Notes under the pieces: model-generated | Databases searched by the model: none | What the model saw: only the letters and a program-made list of their open reading frames with translations | What the model was told of the DNA's origin: nothing | NCBI GenBank assembly: GCA_003990765.1 | Contig: RBNJ01000315.1 | Coordinates: 1-33,369 of the forward strand | Source: Jimgerdemannia flammicorona | Lineage: Eukaryota | Length of the DNA stretch: 33,369 bases | Direction of reading: 5' to 3' | Part shown: one piece after another, positions 21,517 to 33,369 of the stretch | Layout: each line of letters opens with the position of its first letter | How positions within the stretch are numbered: position 1 is the stretch's first letter | Translations under genes and position numbers: made by a program

Positions 21517-24500
21517 CTAGGGGGGCCCCCTCCTTCTACCTCCACTCGATGAAAGACCACCTTGTCTAACACCATCTCCACCCACCCACCACTCTGTCAG
21601 CAGATCCCCTCTACTAGGTGATAATGTTGACCACTCTGGGGACCCCAACCCACCCACCACCCAGTCAGCAGATCCCCCATCAACCCCTCCCACCTTAACA
21701 ACTTCTCTTAAACCCATCTGCTGCCCCTCCTCGAAGACAAAGAGCCAATGTCTGGCTAGCCCTACCCACACTACTAAGACCCACTCTATAGTGAGCCAAC
21801 CATTGCCCACCCCATCCACTAGCTAAGATTCCAAATCCTCCCAGTGACCTCTCTCTCCATCTGGCCTCTTCTTCACCCCCAGCCACTTCTCTACTGCTAT
21901 CCAAAAGTCCCCCAGAACCTCACACTCTCTCAGCCAATGTTCAGACATTTGCACACATCCCCCAACTTGCCCTACATTATAACACTCCTCACAATCGAAA
22001 TGGCCACCCTCCGCAAGATGCCCAGTATGGAAATTCAACATGACATTCCTCCTCAGCATCCACCACCATACCACCCAGAACTTAGGAGGAAGCTACTGCC
22101 ATACCTCAGCACCTCATGACCAGACTCCTGCCCAGTCCCACTCTATACCAATCCCCACAGCCTGCCAACCACTTGGCCAAAGATCCTGACCAAGTCCCTG
22201 CTGACACTCCACTCCATCACCAATATCAAACTCAGCAAGCGGAACCTCCCCCAGAAGGAGTCTGTCCCATCACCACATAGCCAGGCCCCCTTGCACCTCC
22301 CCCTCATTGCCTTGCCAGTGCAGTCCTATCTGGTGTATGCCATCCACCACCCCTCACCAGAAGCCCTTATGCCATAGCCAGTGGCTTCCAGTCAGACCCA
22401 CTAGAGAGAGCAAATCTCCTGAGAATCCCCGAGGGGAGAATCTCATCTCCCAAACCTTCTGCAGTAGCAGCACCCACCCTCCTCCCTGCTGTTCAACAGC
22501 CCTCTTCAACCACCAAGCTCACAGATAGTGCAGCCACTTAGGGAGATCCACAAGGCCAAGTTCTCCCCTAACCACCAGCATTACAAGAGTATCCCAGCTG
22601 ATTGGGACCTCCTCCCTGCCCAAATCTAATCCCAAGCTAATTTTGTCAGTCTCTTCACCACTCAAGCTGGGAAGTCTAAATGATAGGTCACATATCATAG
22701 CTTGGGGAACCAATAAACATTCAGAATTGATACCTGCCCTGCTAGGGAGATGTGGCGACCCCCCCAACCCCTAAGGGCCTCTCCCCAAATGGCCACTCTC
22801 CTCTCCCACCACACTCATGGCAATACAGATCCATATATAGAAAGGAAGATGCCCAAGTACTGCACCACCTCTCCTGTGGGGACTATTGTTCTGATGACAT
22901 CCCCTCCCACCAGCTCATTCCCTAACACCATTGTCTCACACTTATACCAGTTGAGTTTCGCCCCAGAGTATGCCTCATACCATTCCACTGTCTCTTTGAG
23001 CTCCTCAACATCCTCCACTGATCCAAGTCCAACCACTATATCATCTGCAAAGGCCCCCACCTTCTACACCACACCATATACAGAGAGCCCTGCTACCCTC
23101 CAATATATCCTATCCATCAAAGGTTCCAGAGAAAGGGCATAAAGAATAGGAGACAGTGGGTCTCCCTGAGAAACTCCTCTTCTCAAGGGAAATGCCAGAC
23201 CCTAGTGATCATTACACAACAGCGCTGCCCTACTGCCCTCCAACAAATTCAGCATAGAAGCCAGAAACCTTGGGGGAACACCAATTCTATCCAGCACCTT
23301 GCCTAGCCATACCCACTGAACACAGTCATAGACCATCTCCTGGTCCAAAAAGACTAGTCTACTATTCAGTCCACAAGCCTGGGCCCCCTCAATGATGCCA
23401 TACACCTAGGCAGTCCCATCTCTGATAAGTCTGCCTCCTACAAAGCCATACTGCTCCTCACTAAGAACCTGTTGGGCAACCCTCTGTAGCCTCACAACAA
23501 TCACCTTAGTCACCATCTTCCTGTCCATGTCCAGAAGCATGATTGGCCTCCAGTTCTTCCAGTCCTCCCTCCTCCCCTTGTCTTTGTACAATAAGACTAC
23601 CAGTTCCAAGTCCTGCTTACCAACCCACTCACTATTCAGAAGAACATGGTCACAGAGGGCAGCCATCTCTCTTAACACTCCAGGAACCTTTACCATCTTC
23701 TTCCAGAAGTCCCAAGGCAACCCATCCTCTCCTGGCACTGTCCCCAGTTTAGTTGCTGCAAGGACTCTCTGAATCTCCTCCTCTTGGACTAGTAAGATCA
23801 AATCACCCAATCCATCTACTTGTGGTGGCTCCCAATCCTCCAGTATATCTTCAATTGTCTTCTTATCTGCACCCCCTTCCTCCTCACTCTACAGACCCCT
23901 CCAATTTTCCTTCAGTACTCCTAAGATCTGCTGTATGCCATGCACCGTATTTCCCTCAGCATCCAAGACTCCATCTCACTGGTGGTGCACTCTCCTAGCT
24001 TGGAGGAGCCTTGACAGGTACCTAGTGGGCCACTCCCCTTCCTCTAGCCCCTGCCACCGCAGCCTGGCTGCCATACCCTTCATATGAAGCTCCTCCTCTT
24101 CTCGCAATATTTGCTGCAGCTCCACCACCTCCAACTTCGCCTGCTCCAACCTCCAATCCTCCACTCCTTCCAAATGAAGCAACTCAGCCCACTCCATCTG
24201 CAATCTAATCAGCCTATTAGAAGCACACCATACATGCTTCCTTCTTAGCCTACCAGCCTCCCTACTAGCTCCTCCCCAATAAACCCTTGCAGCCTCCTTC
24301 AACCTCATCTACTGGGCTGCCACAGATGATCCCTCCTGTGTCCAGGTGGCAATCTTCACCTGGACATCCACCATCCATGCATCCCACAACCCCTTCTCGG
24401 CCAGCAGGGAGGAGTTAAGGCACCAATGTCTGGGTCCATCTCCACTCCCCCAAACTGTCCCTGCCCCAATAGCCCCCAGTAGTCAGACCAAGGACACCAC

Positions 24501-25159
24501 TCCACCTCCAGAGCCCTCCAAACATCAGCACCCCAACATTTGGCTGTCAGAATCCAGTCAATACTTGTTCCCAGTCTATTTACTCAATGTGTATAGATCC
24601 TCCTGTCACCCCACTGTGTTCTGCCCATATCCCCTAAGGAGCTGAGGTTCTCCACCTCCTCCCACTTATTGAGCCCACCACTCCTCCCATCTGCACTCCT
24701 TCCTCCATCAGTTCTATCCAGCTGTAGATCCCTCACCATATTAAAGTCATCTCTCAGAATATTGACACCTTCTTCCAAGAAGACACCCTCCTCTAGCAGA
24801 TTCCTAATCTACTCAATCTGCTCACCCCTAACTGCCAGGCAGTAACAGGAGCCAACTCTAACCATTTCCCACCCAGGTCAGTGCCATTCTCCCCAGACCA
24901 AACAGTCCCCCCAGTTCTGAATACTGCCCAAGTTCCCTCTCCTCTTTCTCACCAGAATTGCTACTTTGCCATTCCAAGTAGTAGCTCTACCCCATTCTCT
25001 AGTCCACTCCACTCGATCTTCCTCATCCTCACACCATACATCCTGTAGTAAAAAGACATCAGCCTCCAATCTCTTAAGCCAAGTAAAAATGTTCCTATGT
25101 CACCCTGATCTCCATAGCCCATTCACATTCAGAGAAAAAATACTAGTTATACTGTTCAT
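21517..25159 (-). pseudogene. LINE ORF2: APE endonuclease, reverse transcriptase, C-terminal Cys/His motif
   Basis: MNSITSIFSLNVNG, ADVFLLQD, DDFN, PGEDGLP, WRPIMLLDMDRK, FLDQEMVYD, SQGDPLSP, AFADD, YLGI, CEEC...EHWLREC; several stops and frameshifts. Confidence 0.93.
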
Positions 25160-27212
25160 AAGGAATAATGTTGTTTATCAATTGTGCCCTCTATAGATCC
25201 ACATTCTACTCCTCCTGTGCCAAGTCCAAGTCATGTTCCGTAGCCAGTGCCTTCTCCTCAGTCACCTGCACCTCCAACCCAGTCAGAAGTTCCACCATCG
25301 CCCCATCCTCCTTTTCCTCAAAGTCCTCCTGGTATTCCAAACATGCCTCCTGCCAGAGTTGTAACCCATGATGCTCTGCCCAACAATAGGCAGCCCACTT
25401 ACCAGCAATGATTGCCAACTCAGCCTCCCTCACCTCATCTACTACATATCCCTCCTCCTCCTTGAAAATCACAAGTATCTCTACCTTCAGCGCCTCCACC
25501 ACCCCATCCCCCCACAAAATCTGTGCCCAATGCTCCTCTGGCATCACATATAGGTCAACTTCACCCAACTCCTCAGCCACGAGGTTATCCATCACCTTGC
25601 TCATCCATAGTCGATTCCCCACCTCCCGCTCTCCAGAAGTTCCTGGCCACCCTGTATCCAGCATTATGGTATCTACTTCCACACTGGCAGCCTCATCCCA
25701 CTCCTCCACTGGGACATCCACCAGCTTGTCCTCACCAACCGCCACCACCTGGCCCCTATTTGCCACATCTGGGACCCCAAAGCAAACTTGCTGGGCCCCC
25801 TGCATCAGCACATCCTCCACTGCTCCTCTCTTCCCAACTGGGCCCCTCCTGATAAGTGGTGGGGGGGTACTATTCGACTCCTGTTCCCACACTTCGAAGG
25901 TACCATCTACATATACATCCTTGCCCAGCATCTTCCCAGCCTCTTCCTCATTCACCTACACCTTCTCTCCTCCTTTGCTAGCCCAGATACTGGCTTTGAT
26001 GCCTCCAGACTCCTCAGCTCCAACCAACTTCTTCTTCACCCCTCCTGTCATACTTGCCAACAGCTCCCTCTACCTCTTGTATCTCTGGGCCTGCTCCCAC
26101 TGCTTCCTATCAGTATGGATATACTTTCCATCTACAACCTCCAGATGTATCGACTCCTCATACAGCTTCCAGGCCTTTGCCCTTCTCTCCACAGCACCAC
26201 TCAACTCCTCTAATGCCTCCAACAAGTCCTCCTCCTCCTCTTCACTCTCTTTCACCCTCAACACCTTACAGATGAAGGCCCTCCACATCAGCACTGAGGG
26301 CCAATCACTCATCTTCCCTGTGGCCTCCTTCTCCACCAGCCGAATCCTGACATTGACGTTGTCCATCCTGAATATTGTCCCCTCCCACATCTGAAAGCCA
26401 ATGTCCACCACATCACCATACTCTACCATCACCTCCTCCACCCTCCTCCTAGTCTCCTCCTTAGTCACTATGGGCACCCCCCTTACTAGGAGCTGCACAA
26501 CCCTGGGGTCCCACCTCAAGCACTGCACCATGGGGACCACCACCTCCCCAACCACTACTCCAGTCTTCAGGGCCTCATCCAGTAGGCCTGCCTCCTCAAA
26601 GCCCACCTCAACCCCCTCCAGACCTTTCAAGAACTTCACTGAGGCTGCCCCAGCCACCTGCTTCAAAATAAGCCCCAGGATCATCCTTGCCATCACTGTC
26701 AAGCCCCAGAAGCACAAGGTAGCCACGAACTTCAAGATCAACTTTTTGAGCAATGGGGCCACCACCAGTCCTGTTACACCATCTGCCAGGTCTCCCTTCT
26801 ATATTGGGGACCCCTGTCCCTCTGGCCATCAGTCATCACATCTCTTTTTTTTTCCTGATTTACTGTTATACCACCATCAGCAGTTCTGCCACTACCCCCA
26901 GCAGCTACTCCACTCCCTCCACCTCCCACCAGCACCCCTAGCATCTCCAACCTTCTGCTTCCCCTTCCCTTCTGCCTGTCCACTGCAGGCTCCCAATGGC
27001 CAACCCCCAGTCCTCAGCATGTCCGCAAAGCTCCTTTCCTGCTGCCCTCCAGCCCCCCCACCAGTGCCACCTCTACTGCTCAGGCTGTCCTGCCCACTTG
27101 AGCCACCGAAAGACCCCATCCCCAGTCCATACCCTCTCCTGACATGCTGCCAGTCGAAGGCCCCAGGTCCACCTGATCTAGTACACATGTTGGCTTGCTT
27201 GCTGGATGATAT
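25143..27212 (-). pseudogene. LINE ORF1 (Gly-rich N-terminus, RRM-like core, acidic C-terminal region)
   Basis: ORFs 26892-27272, 26070-26765 (VQLLVRGVP...MVEYGDVVDI) and 25206-25955; start inferred from copy 2 ATG at 29295 (ATA here). Confidence 0.8.
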
Positions 27213-27977
27213 TGCTTTAATAACTTTCTCTAATAAACAATCTGAAAGTGTGTTGTAAAGTGTATGTAACATGAATTGTAGTAGAGAAAGATGTCTGTGA
27301 TGCTAAGTGTTCTTTTACATGTCATCTAGCTATGCTATAGTATTTGCTCATCAGAATATATCAGCATGGGATGTGGTTTTTTGTCTTGCCAATGTCCCAC
27401 TCTCCAGAATTATTGTCTGGCCCTCTATCAGCAGCAACTAAATTGCTGTTTTATTTTGTATGTCTTTCTCCATACACCATAGGATTCTCTAATGAAAATG
27501 CACAAATTACAGAACCCTCTCCTTTCTGCATGTATTTTTTATGCCATCGGATTCACGAAGAGTCCTACAACTCAGCTATATGTGTTGTATTTCCAGTTAT
27601 GCCAGAATATAGGTTAAGGTATCTCATCCAAATCTGATCACTGTCGGATCAGCAGCACCGAGATCACTCAATTACTAATTGTATATGCTCAGAATATGTG
27701 AAGGTGAGATGGATTGGGCTTATGCAGAGTGTTTTTATTATTTTGGCATATGGTGACTCACACTTGAAAAATTACAGTAATAATAGTAATAATTATAAAC
27801 TAGTCAACTTAAACCTTGCAGACATCACCAATACCAGAATCACCTTTAGATGAAATATTTTATAGTAATGTATATATCAATTCTTGGACAGCCCGCCAGG
27901 TCTTGGGGAACAAAAAGGAAGGGAATGGGCCAGTGCTCAGGCTGCATAGATCAATTCTCCATGGGCAAGTCCCTAGA

Positions 27978-27978
<1 letters not shown>

Positions 27979-28031
<53 letters not shown>
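27979..28031 (+). repeat. 53-nt poly(A) tract
   Basis: Uninterrupted A run; no clear TSD or parent element recognised. Confidence 0.9.
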
Positions 28032-28033
<2 letters not shown>

Positions 28034-28209
28034 AGAAGTTAGCAATGAAGGTTGGGTGATAATTGGGTGGCAGCAATACCAGCCCATTCATTTGGGGTTT
28101 TGCTGTCCTGATTCTTTCTTTACATGGATTATATAAGAAAGAGTACAGTGGATTAAGTCTGGGGTTAGATTTGTATGTTGTCACTCTGATAGTGTGAGAG
28201 AATGAGAGG

Positions 28210-29207
28210 GTGAGACTATAGATAGTACAAGTTTTATTCCAAGATATGTATGTAGAGCTTTTCAAAAATAGCTAGTGAATTTCAGATCTCAGTCACTAAT
28301 AATGATCTTAGAAAGACTATAATAGTAGAAGATATTGTCAAATAAGAGTATAGCAATTTTAGGTGCTGTTGCAGTTGTAGTAATAGGTATGAAGTGGGCT
28401 TGTTTGTAAAGGTAATCTATGAAGACAATAATTACATCTTTCCCAGTCTTAGTTTGGGGTAGTTGTATAATAAAGTCTATAGAGATTTATTCTCAATTAG
28501 TAGATGGTACTGGAATAGAGTAGAGTAACTCAGGTTTTACTAGAGTTGAGAACTTGTCATATCAGTAGATATTATAGGAAGTAATATAAGTCTTTAACTG
28601 GTCTGCCATATGGGGCCAATAGAAGTTTCAAAAAATAACTTCATAACATTTGTCAAATCCTAGATATCCAACTGGGGTGGTATTATGATATTCAAACAGA
28701 ATAGCCCTTCAGAGGTCTTAATTATTAGAAATATTCAATTATTTTTATAATAGATAGCATTGTTCTTTACTTGATATTGATGATACTAGGAGTGACTATC
28801 AATATCATCACTACTTAGAATTTCTCAGAGTACTTGAGGTTCTTTATCATCAGTATATAGTATAATAATTTATTCTATAATAGAGTTGGTAACCAAGGTG
28901 AGAGTTTGTATGACTTCTTCAATTGGTAATCTAGAGATTACATTGGTAATGATATTTTCCTTACCAGGGTAGTATTGGATTTTATAGTCAAAATTGGTGA
29001 GGACTTTTATCCATCTGGCTTACTTTCAGAAAAGGGTAGTCTGGGTCTTAATATTGATTAATAATTTGTAGTCTGTCAATATAGTGAAGTATACTTCTTT
29101 GAGATATAAGTGTTATTTTATCAGAGTACCTATAATGGCTAATATTTCCTTCTCATGAGTTGTATAGTTGATTTTGGTATTATTGAACTTGTAAGAATAA
29201 TAGACTA
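28210..29207 (-). pseudogene. pol: RNase H-integrase fragment of a third Gypsy family
   Basis: INYTTHEKEILAII, FTILTDYK, ARWIKVLTNFDYKIQYYPGKEN, YH...GYLGFDK...FYWPHM, SIDFIIQLPQT, IISD*DLKFTS. Confidence 0.88.
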
Positions 29208-31311
29208 CACATTACCTTTCTCCAGTACAATTCACGTTACATCAACTTCAAGCAACAGTTTTTCAATACAACTCAGAGGAAAGATATTATAACAATGTCA
29301 TTGAGCAAGAGTTCTGCCAGGTATACTAGGTCAGGTGGACCTGGGGCTTTCGGCTGGCAGCATGTAGGGAGGGGTTATGGTCTGGAGATAGGAGCCTTTG
29401 GAGGGTTGAAGGGTGGCAGGGGCTCTGGAGGTGGACCAGTGTCAGGTAGCCATGGGGAGAGGCCTGACCCCCCAAGTTTTGTGGATAAGGTGAAGGAGAG
29501 TGGGTGGCTGGTTGGAACTAGGGCTGGTGCAGTGGTAGGGAAGGACAAGGTGAGCCTAGGGAGGGGGGGAGTTGCTCAGGGGGGGAATGCAAGTGTAGGT
29601 ACTGGAGGTGTGATAGCTGAGGATGGGACTACTGGTGGTAGTGTGACGAGCAATCAGGAAAAAAAAAGAGATGTGATGACTGATGGCAGTGTGGAGCAGG
29701 GGTTCCCGATGCAGAAGGGAGACCTGGCCAATGGTGTAATGGGGCTGGCAGTGGCACTGTTACTCAGGAAGTCAATCTCAGAGTTTATGGTGACACTGTG
29801 CTTCCGAGGCTTGGTGGTGACAGCAAGGATAGTCTTGGGGCTTGTCTTGAAGCAGGTGGCTGGGGCTGCCTCAGTGAAGTTCCTGAAGGACCTGAAGAGA
29901 GTAGAGGTGGGCTTTGAGGAGACAGGCCTACTGGAAGAGGTGCTGAAATCTGAAGTGGTGGTTGGTGAGGTGGTAGTCTCCATGATACACTGCCTGAGGT
30001 GGGACCCTAGGGTGGTGCAGCTACTGGTGAAGAGGGTGCCTACTGTGATAAAGGAGAAGACTAAGAGGAGAGTGGAGGAGGTGATGGCAGAGTATGGTGA
30101 TGTGGTGGATATCAGTTTTCAGATATGGGAGGGGACCTCTATTAGGACTAGTAATGTGGAGATGAGGATTAGACTGGCAGGAAGAGAGGCCACAGAGAAG
30201 ATGAGTGACTGGCCCTCAGTGTAGATGTGGGGGGCTTTTGTCTGTAAGGTGTCAAGGGTGTGAGAGAATGAAGAGGAGGAAGAGGACTTGTTGGAGGTGC
30301 TGGAAGAGTTGAGTGGTGCTATTGAGAGGAGAGCAAAGGCCTGGAAGTTGTATGAGGAGTTGATGCATCTGGAGATTGTTGATGGGAAGAGGATTCGAAC
30401 TGACAAGGGGCAGTAGGAGCATACCCAGAGGTGCAAGTGGCAGAGAGAGTTGTTGGCAAGTATGAGTGGTGGGGCTAAGAAGAAGGCAGATGGGGCAGAG
30501 GTGTCTGGGGGCGTTGAAGCCAGTGTCTGGGCCAGTAAAGAAGAAGGGGAGGTGGAGGCAGGCAAGGAAGAAGCTGGGAAGGTGCTGAGCATGGACCCCT
30601 ATACTGATGGCACATTTGAGGTCTGGGAGCAGAAATTGGATACCACTCTCCCCCCTCTTATCAGAAGGGACCTGGCTGTGAAGAGAGGGATAATAAAGGA
30701 TATACTGATGCAGGGGGCCCAGCAAGTGTACTTTGGGGTCCCCAATGTGACAAAAAGGGGCCAGGTGGTGGCAGTTGGCGAGGATGAGCTGGTGGATGTC
30801 CCTGAGGAGGAGTGGGATGAGGCTGCCAGTGTTGGAGCTGACACCACAATGTTGGTTGTAGGGCAGCCAGAGACTCCAGGAGGGAAGGTGGTGGGGAACT
30901 TGTTGTGGATGAGCAAGGTGATGGATAACCTTACAGCAGATGCATTGGGAGAAGTGGACCTGTGGGTAATGCCTGAGGAGCATTAGGCATGGATTCTGCA
31001 CAGTGATAGAGTGATGGAGGTACTGAAGGTAGAGATTCTTGCGATTTTCCTAGAGGAGGAGGAATATGAGGTTGATGAGGTGAGAAAGACAGAGCTGGTG
31101 GTGGTTGCTGGTGAGCAGGCAGCCTACTGTTGGGTAGAGCATCATGGTTTGTAGCTCTGGCAAGAGGTCTGTCTGGAGTATTGTGAGGACTTTGAGGAGC
31201 GAGAAGATGTGGTAATGGTAGAACTTCTGGGAGGGTTGGAGGCACAGGAGGTTGGAGAAAGAGAACTAGCTGCTGAATATGACTTGGACTTGGTGCAGGA
31301 GGAGCCAAATG
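29208..31311 (+). mobile_element. LINE copy 2: 5' UTR and ORF1, cut off by the hAT insertion
   Basis: 5' end CACATTACCTTTCTCCAGTACAATTCACGTTACAT matches copy 1 (CACAGACATCTTTCTCTACTACAATTCATGTTACAT); ORFs 29295-30224 and 30450-30986 parallel copy 1 ORF1 up to DLDLVQEE. Confidence 0.93.
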
Positions 31312-31339
31312 CAGACTTTGTACTCCGAACGAGTCAATT

Positions 31340-31765
31340 CGAATCAAATCCAGATTTGATTCATCACATGATGGTTTGATTCGAATCTCAAATCTGAAGC
31401 CATCCGAATCAACTTGGATTTAATCCGAATAGCCCCATCTGAATCACCCCATCCAAATCACCCATCTGAACCACCCCAATCCGAATTACTCAATCCGAAT
31501 TACTCAATCTGAATCACCCCATCCAAATTGCCCCATCTGAATCACCCATCCGAATCACCCATCTGAACCACCCCAATCTGAATCACTCAATTCGAATCAC
31601 TCAATCCGAATCACTCAATCCGAATCACTCAATTCAAATCCTCCAATTCAAATCCTCCAATTCAAATTCTCCAATTCAAATCCTCCAATTCAAATCCTCC
31701 AATTCAAATCCTTCAATCTGAATCCTCATCCAAATCCTTCAACTGAATCCTCCAATCCAAATCTG
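31340..31765 (+). repeat. Subterminal tandem array of ~13-14 bp units (ATCCGAATCAC.C, then TTCAAATCCTCCAA)
   Basis: Directly visible head-to-tail units with no unique spacers. Confidence 0.9.
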
Positions 31766-32019
31766 CCACATGACTCATATTCTGGACGCATCCACAATAC
31801 AACATACACACATGCATACACACACATGCATACATATGCACATATAAACATGCAAACACACATGTTGATAGATCAGTCTTCAACAGTTCACAGTACTGAT
31901 GATGCTTCAAATCAAACATCCCTGATAGTTCCACACCTTCCATGCAATCCTCACTCCGAAATCTGACAACATTGTGCTAAGATAGGAGATGATGTTGTTT
32001 GTAATTATTGCAGGTAAAA

Positions 32020-33295
32020 AATTAAGACACACCTATTGACACTTTGTTTTGACACACACATGATATTGTTTTGACACACACATGATATTGTTTCATCCAC
32101 CCCCATGAACTGCACCAGCCAGAAGTTCAAAATGCTTGGGGGCACAACTTCGAACATGAATCGACATATAAAAGACAAGCACTCTGACAAAATCAAAAAG
32201 AATACAGAGACAAATGAAATCAACATCCAAGCTATGGTGGGTATGTTTATCCGATTGTCTGACCATTTCTGTACCAACAACACCATTTAATCAAAAATAT
32301 TTAGCCATACTCTTTGGCAGAATTTCGAAATCAGCTCATTCGCTGGATTGTGTGCACAGACCAGCCATTCACAATCATCGAGAGTGATTAATTGCATAGC
32401 ATCTTTGGCCTCCTCAAGCATGATTTATATTTGCCAAGTGCCGATACTATTTGCAAAGATGTCCTGGAGGCCTATAAGAAGGAGCACGACAATCTCCACC
32501 AGACACTTCAGGTAAAATAAGGACAGCACCATGACCTTTGCAAGCTGAATTATATAAAAGAGCTCACCAATTTAACCTCACATTCAATAAGCAGAATTCG
32601 GCAGGCAAAATTTTGTTTACAATCAACACATGGACATCCCTCAATGCAATTTCATTTCTGGGCATTACTGGTCATTGGATTGACCTCAATTGGTAGCTTA
32701 AATCTCTCACCCTTGACTTCGTCAAACTTTCTGGCCCTCATTCTGGAGACAACATTACAGATGCTTTTATTAGTTATATCCAGGAGCTTGGGATCACCAC
32801 CAAGGTAAAAAAGGGGGGCTTGCCGTCAGGTCGGCATTTTGAGGGAGGTCCTAAACCAAACCAGATTTTATTGGTTACTTATTTTCACATAAATTTGTCA
32901 ACCAAATATTTCAAGTACAGATTTTGGCCATTATGATGGACAATGCTACAAACAACTCAACATTTTTCTAAGTTTTAGTAGCCAGCCTCAAATAGGAAAA
33001 TGTGGCCTTCAGTGCAGAAAGCTGCCATATGTGATGCCAGGCCCACATACTGAACCTCGCTGTTCAGGACTATCTTACACACATAGACAAAATATCCGAG
33101 AGAGGAGGGGCCCTGAGTATAATTTCCAAGCTGCGCAAACTAGTTGTGTCAGTCCAATCATCTCCACAATGATGAGACAAATTCGCTGCACAGTGTAGGG
33201 CAATCAGTTTAGCCCCAAAAGAGCTTATATTGGATGTCTGTATGTATTGGAACTCAACATTTGCAATGATCCAGTGCACGCTGGAGTTTGCTGTG
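32020..33295 (+). pseudogene. hAT transposase with spliceosomal introns (approx. 32237-32304, 32512-32594, 32805-32920, and from 33296)
   Basis: BED-like GTTSNMNRHIKDKH; RWIVCTDQPFTIIES; LPSADTI; FTINTWTS..FLGITGHWID; HSGDNI; MDNATNN; CQAHILNLAVQD; WNST; GT-AG introns restore the frame; in-frame stops and first catalytic D>N. Confidence 0.9.
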
Positions 33296-33369
33296 GTATG
33301 CATCCTTTTTTTCTTCAGTCAGCTGAAGCAACTGTTTCGGATGATGGAAGATTTATTTTAAAAATAAAA

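Larger units (their letters stand above)
21405..27299 (-). mobile_element. Full-length non-LTR retrotransposon (L1/Tx1-like), copy 1
   Basis: Poly(T) 21405-21435 with AATAAA just upstream on the minus strand; TSD ATGCTAAGT[A/G]TTCTTTT at 21392-21408 and 27300-27316; ORF1 plus APE-RT ORF2. Confidence 0.95.
31312..33369 (+). mobile_element. hAT-superfamily DNA transposon, 5' part
   Basis: Begins CAGACTTTGTACTCCGAAC where LINE homology stops (likely TIR; partner not in window), followed by a subterminal repeat array and the transposase. Confidence 0.85.

Noticed and set aside
25408..27258. Long Ser/Thr/Pro-rich plus-strand ORFs (328 aa and 285 aa), and the similar minus-strand ORFs at 29654-31347
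   Set aside because: Antisense shadows of the purine-rich LINE ORF1
27816..28265. Poly-Lys and poly-Phe ORFs
   Set aside because: Produced by translating the poly(A) tract
31340..31765. CRISPR array
   Set aside because: Short head-to-tail units, no unique spacers, no cas genes, eukaryotic intron-containing context

Overview
Eukaryotic, probably fungal, transposon graveyard. I found no intact host gene. The window holds four copies (A-D) of one unusual Ty3/Gypsy LTR family, fragments of two other Gypsy families, a Ty1/Copia 5' half, a full-length L1/Tx1-clade LINE with target-site duplication plus a second ORF1-only copy, and the 5' part of an intron-containing hAT DNA transposon. The elements are nested and heavily decayed by C>T/G>A mutation. 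Comparing copies A, B and C by eye gives a retrovirus-like architecture for the main family: a ~1.3 kb LTR, a tRNA-Pro-like PBS, and one long ORF1 (Gag-CCHC, protease, a ~400 aa Cys/His-rich insert, dUTPase, a dUTPase-like module). A -1 frame change shared by all three copies follows, at a G_GGA_AAC-type slippery heptamer with a predicted H-type pseudoknot, leading into RT-RNaseH-integrase. An extra ~170-codon ORF sits in the env position before the PPT and 3' LTR. All coordinates and reconstructions were read by eye; no alignment, folding or database search was run.
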